DNA from: Eledone cirrhosa
Taxonomy: Eukaryota
Length of the DNA stretch: 64,000 bases
NCBI GenBank assembly: GCA_964016885.1
Contig: OZ024755.1
Coordinates: 29,326,001-29,390,000 of the forward strand
Reading direction: 5' to 3'
Position 1 is the first letter of the stretch, and each line of letters begins with the position of its first letter. Under the pieces are notes generated by a model. It was not told where the DNA came from. It was given only the letters and a program-made list of their open reading frames with translations, and made no database searches. A program made the position numbers and the translations under genes. Below are positions 57,719-64,000 of the stretch, piece by piece.

Positions 57719-58198
57719 ATTATTATATATATTGATTCTTAAATAGTGTACTTGCTGGATAAAATAAAGGTCAATGGTGGAACTTTATACTGCATTATTT
57801 TCAAATACTTATTCTGGGGTGATCTGGTGATAATAAATATAATAGATATCGCTCCATGATTGAATTAGTGAAAAAAATGAAATTCAAGTAAATAATTATT
57901 AGAAAGGTTATATTGAATTTCAAGTATTTTTCTCTTGTGATATTTCAGGAAATGATCAATCCTAATTGCTGTTTCTCAGGATAGCTTTATCGGGAAATGT
58001 TTAATGAAACCAATTCAGAATGAATAAGAAGTCTATACAAGTAAACATTAGTTTCTATGAGGAGAGAAAAATATTTAACTAAGATAAACGGTTGATTGTA
58101 TTGTTCAAATTTCACTGACACTCTCTATTAAAGGTTTATCGTATCTAGAATATGACAATGATAAGGGACAAACTGGAAAATGTTTGACAGTTTTGTCT

Positions 58199-58580
58199 GC
58201 ATAAAATACTATTATTGATGTCAAATGAAAGCTACTTTATTTCTCTTTCGGATATATATTTTACAGAATCTTGTAATCTATCATAAAATTGGGGATTATT
58301 TGAAGCCTTCATAGGTTTTTACTGTTCCTTTCTGTTAGATAGATATGTAAAGGATGCTACATTTTCAGTAAATAACTATTAGAAACATTATACTGAATTT
58401 CAAGTTGCGTGTTCATAAAATAGTATTATTGATGCCAAATGAAAGCTACTTAGTTTTATTTCGGACATATATTTTACTGAGTCTTGTAATCTGTCATAAA
58501 ATTAGTGATTATTTTGAAGTATTGCCTTCATAGGTTTTACTGTTCCATTCTATGCAAAGTACACTACATTTTCAGCTGAT
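58199..58580. repeat. Degenerate two-copy tandem duplication (~214-bp period)
   Basis: cataaaata.tattattgatg.caaatgaaagctact..ttcgga.atat.ttttac.ga.tcttgtaatct occurs at ~58200 and ~58414. Confidence 0.8.
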
Positions 58581-59037
58581 GCAGTGGTATTGTATATTCA
58601 CCACTTTTTCATACGATATGTGTTTTTTTTTTATCTGTGAACATCTCAACTGTTTGAATGAAAATTGCAACTAGCACTGCAGAAACGTATATACACAAGT
58701 TTTAAAAGCACTGGTGTGTGATTTTAGGAAACTTTGGATGCTATTTTATTCGTTTCAAATGCGTATGTAGAGGCTCATTTTATTTGTTGTGTCATGCGCT
58801 GTGATGCGTTTGAGGGGTCAATTTCTTTAGCAAAGGATTGTAACAGAATAGATAATACATATTATTAGATGGTAAAACAAGGCATTAGTGGGTTGGATGG
58901 ATTGTTAGAAACATAAGTGCGACGAACAAAATACGTTTATTTATAACCCTATACATACGAAGCTCAAATCCATTCAACGATAACTAGACCAGTCATTTTC
59001 CATCCTTATTAAGCCAAATCACACCATTGTGAATGAA

Positions 59038-59087
<50 letters not shown>

Positions 59088-59193
59088 ATATTAAATTTGA
59101 AGACTAAAATCAAAAGAGGGCTCGATAAGGATAAATATATATCAAATATATAAGAACCCTAGAGTAAATATTTATTAAAATAACAGATTAAAG

Positions 59194-59253
<60 letters not shown>

Positions 59254-59269
59254 TTCATTAACCATATAT

Positions 59270-59357
59270 ATAGAAGTGGTAACACAACAGTTAGTTTACC
59301 ATACCGAGAACAATTGTTCTCGGTATGGTGAACTAACTGTTGTGTTACCACTTCTAC
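59270..59357. repeat. Near-perfect ~42-bp-arm hairpin beside (TA)n
   Basis: tagaagtggtaacacaacagttagtttaccataccgagaacaattgttctcggtatggtgaactaactgttgtgttaccacttcta. Confidence 0.85.
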
Positions 59358-59752
59358 CTAACTCGTCCCATGGACCGAGTGCTCTACCACTACGGATATT
59401 ACCTTCCAGTGTTCTACCTCTCTCTCTTTATATATATATATAACAACGAGAGTGTGGTAAGGAACAAGGTGGACCATACCGTACCAGAGTACTCAATACT
59501 TAGGGTAGTAGAGTGGGTAATAAGAAAAGACTCAGGACCCCGACGGCTGAACTCCGGCCGTTAGGATCTAGCTGTCGAAACGGCCGGAGCTCAGCCGTCG
59601 GGGTCCCGAGTCTTTTCCTATATTTAAAGAAATTTAAGAATGAATTCTGGCTCAAGCGTGGCGCTACAAATATATTCAAATGAAGAATGAGATGAAATGG
59701 TCTCAAGCAGGCTAAAATCAATCTTATTTTATATTCCTGAAAGAGAAAATAA

Positions 59753-59946
59753 TGATTTCTACTATACGCACAAGGCCAGCAATTGTTTATAGGAGGGAAA
59801 TACTGGTACTTTATTTTATCGACCTAGTAAGGATGAAAAGCAAAGTTAACCTCGGCAGGATTTGAACTCAGACCGTAACAGGCCGCAACTCTATACTGCA
59901 AAGCATGGTGTCTAACGCTCTACTGATTATGCCAATCCACCACCCT
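59753..59946 (-). mobile_element. SINE family A with TSD
   Basis: Family motifs; tcctgaaagag.aaataat flanks both sides. Confidence 0.82.
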
Positions 59947-60052
59947 CCTGAAAGAGTAAATAATCAAATAAATAATGCTCATTAGCCTTTATATTTTGCT
60001 TTAAAAAATCTGTTGATTGCTGGACAATCAGTTTAAATGGCCCTGTTTCTAA

Positions 60053-60270
60053 CCCTTTACCATTTACATTACTCTATATACACTACTGTATTTTTGTGGT
60101 AAAGGCTTTATCTTACATAATTATATCACATAATATATAATCGAGATTTGGATGTTATTTATTTTGAGAACAATACCTTAACGTTAGTATAAGCGGTCAT
60201 TTACGGCCAGTTTGAATAGCAAGAGGTGAGAGAATTTTGGCCGGATACGGCCTATTTAAACGCTAAATGG
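60053..60270. mobile_element. piggyBac-like MITE (second copy)
   Basis: CCCTTTACCATTTA ... TAAACGCTAAATGG-TTAA; colinear with 11482-11700. Confidence 0.65.
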
Positions 60271-61622
60271 TTAACCCCAATGAAACTGATTCTGGGACGG
60301 AATAATTTAAACTAGTCTGGACCAGTACCTATAAATATTAGAAGGTATCACTAAGACATATGTCTTCTCTGTATATTAGAGGTTTTCTTCACCTCAGCTT
60401 CTCCGTTCACTTCATTATCAAGCGTGGTTTTGTTTTACATTTGTAAAATCGAGATGTTTAATAATATTTTCCATAACATGAAAACGGTTAAGATTAGAAT
60501 AGAAAACCTTTCTTTCTTCTTCTTCTTCTTCTTCTTCTTCTTCTTCTTCTTCGTGCAATTACTGCACGTATGCCCAACACGCCAGCTTTTACATTAAAAG
60601 TGCAATAAATCGATTCATAACGGAATTCCGATTACTGGATGACTGATCATTTGATAAATGACATCTCACAAGCAAGTAATCTAATATAATGAGTAAACGT
60701 ATTTAGTATTATTTGTTTTTTCAATTCCCAAGTGCCTTTATTACATAAAACCCGATTCAGTAAAGGTTAATTCCTTGTTATACGCATTGAAATAGAAAGA
60801 AAACTATTTAATTTGCCCTGGTCACGAAACAATCACTCTGCGACAGTATCAATTCTGTATATAGGTCGTAAAATATTCAGTTACATGGAAAATGCCATGT
60901 TTCCTTTTTTTTTTTGTAACATCTTTCAGATATCTTCATTTACATTTGAACAGATACACGTTGAATAAATACTAAGCAAAATATTTTTCAAACAGTTTGT
61001 CGTCATTTAACATATGCACTTTCAAATGACCAAATGACAAGTCACTTATTCGTTACTAGGAAACGACTTACTAATTTATTATAACAATCTGCCAATACGC
61101 AACAAATTACCTCGCTGTCTGATGTTACATTTTAGGGTGAATGAGCAATATGAATACATTTATTTTAAAGACATGATTTTTTTTTTCTCAAAATATCGTA
61201 GGAAACATAGTGGAATGAACTTGGCTATTAAACCCTCCGTCTTTTCTTTATCTTATAGGAAATGTTTTTGTTTCTATAGACCAGAAAAGTAAACTAAAGA
61301 GGAAAAATATAAGAGAGGAAACTACGTTCATACTGCATAGATGATTAATCACAGTGACATTGATAATATAATAAAACCGGGGTATAGTAAACACGGAAAG
61401 TATACATCCAATAAAATATTTAAAGTACAAAATAATATTTTAAAATACATGTCTAAAAGGAAATACGTTCTCTTAACAAACGAATATGTCGCACACACGC
61501 ACACATATATATGTATACATACATACATACATACATACATACATACATACATACATACATACATACATACACACATACACACACATACATATGTATATAT
61601 ATATATATTTTATGTATATATA

Positions 61623-61682
<60 letters not shown>

Positions 61683-61755
61683 AATAGTCAAAACAAACAC
61701 AGATACGCATAAACACAAAGTTTCACTAGTTTTACGTTTCGGAAGATGTTGAGGG

Positions 61756-61837
<82 letters not shown>

Positions 61838-62291
61838 AAGAAGGTGTGGTAAGATACCAGGTAGACAATAACGCACCAAAGTACTCAATACTTAGGGTAG
61901 TAGGAAAAGAGTCAGGACTGAGTTTGGATCTAGTTATCGAAAGGGTAGGAGCTCAGCCGTCGGCGTCCTGACTCTTGTCCTCTACATATATATATATCAA
62001 TGATATTAATAAATGGAAACTATATTTATAAAACCATATTTATTCTAAGGGTACCAAAACTTTGGTACGCTCTCATCAGATAAAATACAAAGTTTGTTTT
62101 ATAAATAATGACATATACAGGAATAAGACCTTAACAGTTAAAGTTTCACCTGGATAGGTAAAACTTGAATCGTTAAGGTCTCATTATCACTGCCATGTCC
62201 TGCGTCTCCAACAGACCAGTGTCTGTCCTTAGGGCATCAACATATGTTAACCTTGGTCTTCCTCTTCCAGTGTGTCCATGCAGGGGCTCCC

Positions 62292-62584
62292 ACATAAGAA
62301 ACGGAGAATCAGTGTTGCGACGAATAAAATTTATTAGACATATTACAATCGTTTCTCTGGCGACCAGCTCCAGACAGGATCGATGCAATGATCGAATCTG
62401 ACTCTGAAATCGCAAGCTCCTCAGATACATCTCGATTCTACGAAGCAGAGTTTCCAAAATCTTGGATTTAAGAGTCAGGTTCGATCATTGCATCGATCGT
62501 GCCTCGAGCTGGTCGCCAGAGAAACGATTGTAATATGTCTAATAAATGTTATACGTCGCAACACTGATTCTCCGTTTCTTATGT
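62292..62584. mobile_element. Foldback mini-element (~115-bp arms) adjacent to RTE fragment 62175-62290
   Basis: acataagaaacggagaatcagtgttgcgac.. / ..gtcgcaacactgattctccgtttcttatgt; arms contain GAA-ACGATTGT-A (possible HHR 3' half). Confidence 0.7.
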
Positions 62585-62661
62585 GATATTATACTCTGCT
62601 CTGTAAGAGCATCGAGTGCTCAAACGGCCTACCACATGCGGATGCTTTAAGCATCCCACAC

Positions 62662-62721
<60 letters not shown>

Positions 62722-63084
62722 AAAAAGTGTGGACGTTAGAAAACGTTCTCTACAGATCACCTTATATAAGGAAAAGGATAAACTCAAAAAGGTTTGAAAA
62801 ACGCACCTGGTATAAATATAAAGGATCGTTGTAACATATAGAAAAATTGATGTTAGCAAAGCCTGCTTTCTCCGTTTTGGATTATCAAAACATATGTTAT
62901 TAGGTCAAATCCTTTTTCGTTAATTCTCATGCATGCTGATTCTCGACCACATCGATTTGGGTCACTTCTGTCTTTGCTAAAGTAAGGGATACAACTGATT
63001 GTTTCGTTGTCACGTGTATGCAGAAAAATGTTCATCTGTGACAAGTGGCGTAATTCTACCTTCTTTTAGTATGGAAAATTATGT

Positions 63085-64000
63085 TTCAAGTGAGTTGAAT
63101 CTTGGTTTGAATTTTCTGATAAAGATTTTCTCTTTATTAATAACTGCGTTGTTACAACTGGTAAACATTGAAGTTTGGTAGTGTTTTGCCTCCACATTAT
63201 TTTATATGTTTGCTTAGAGGGATCGTTTTAGCATACAAGGTACTGATTTGCTGCATATGGACTGTCATTCTTTGTCAGGCTGTCAGTCCCGGCTGTCCTA
63301 CACAATATCTGTCTTTGAAGTGAAATTTAGGGCCTTCCAGTGGGTAGTTGCACATTCCGCAATAAAATCGAGTACAACTTTTCACATGAGGTCCTCTAAT
63401 TGAGGTTTTTAGCGTTGCCCTTGTCAGTATTGTTTTTGTAATGGTTTGTGTCCATAATGACAATTGTACATCCTTTGTCAGCTTCTTTAATAACAATATT
63501 TTTATGCAGTGTTAGGTCGTTCAGTTGTTTCCATTGCTGTATGCTGGAGTTGGACTTTTTTTGTGGCCTTTTCAGTTTATCAATTGGGAAGTTATAGATG
63601 TAGTCACAGATTTCATCGAGGGCTGCATTCCAGACTCTTAATGGTAGTTATTCTTTTTTTTGCTTTTTACAAGTATTTTATCACTATCTTTTACTTCAAA
63701 ACAATATTCCGTTAGTCTGAGTCTTCTACAGAAGTCCGAAATATCATCTTTAATTTCGGCTACATTAATTGTTTGTGGTGCTGATATGAATTGTTATCCT
63801 TTGTTTAGGATATATATTTGTGAGAGGTCGATTCGGGTATGGCTCCTCTATATTATTCCTCCTGTTAGTATTTTATATGTAGTAATATTTGTAATTGCTG
63901 TGTAATTCCTAACTGTATCCGTTGAATTGTTGCTTAAACTTATATGTTGTGTGTTGGTTTCGGTTCAGTCTGAGATTATTTATCTTCTTCCCTGTGTTGG
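63085..64000 (-). pseudogene. Internally deleted, decayed Penelope-like element (Neptune-like)
   Basis: N-terminal motif ILNKG*QFISAPQTINVAEIKDDISDFCRRLRLTEY (~63700-63820) lies close to the Cys linker SCTRFYCGMCNY and GIY-YIG remnant VGQPG..RMTVHMQQI..PLSKHI; most of the RT is missing. Confidence 0.75.

Overview
AT-rich, microsatellite-dense animal genomic DNA, most likely a coleoid cephalopod (Octopus-like; inferred from the neuropeptide and the SINE content). One clear protein-coding exon is present: the large terminal exon of a myomodulin neuropeptide precursor on the minus strand (18684-20368). It encodes 16x AVSMLRLamide plus variants; I could not locate the signal-peptide exon. The rest is repetitive: a 48-bp minisatellite (~107 copies), about 20 copies of a tRNA-derived SINE, a second SINE family, hAT and piggyBac-type MITEs, RTE and CRE-like LINE fragments, and three decayed Penelope-like element (PLE) ORFs with GIY-YIG endonuclease. 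The most striking structure is at 44220-51023. It is a (TA)n-flanked array of ~13.6 virtually identical 467-bp units, each with a complete minimal type I hammerhead ribozyme (HHR) with palindromic stem III, joined head-to-head to one inverted unit. This looks like a very young retrozyme (circular RNA) insertion. Several other unrelated HHR-bearing mini-element families are inserted in (TA)n tracts across the window, many as tail-out palindromes. All RNA folds were paired by eye, not computed, and element boundaries are approximate.
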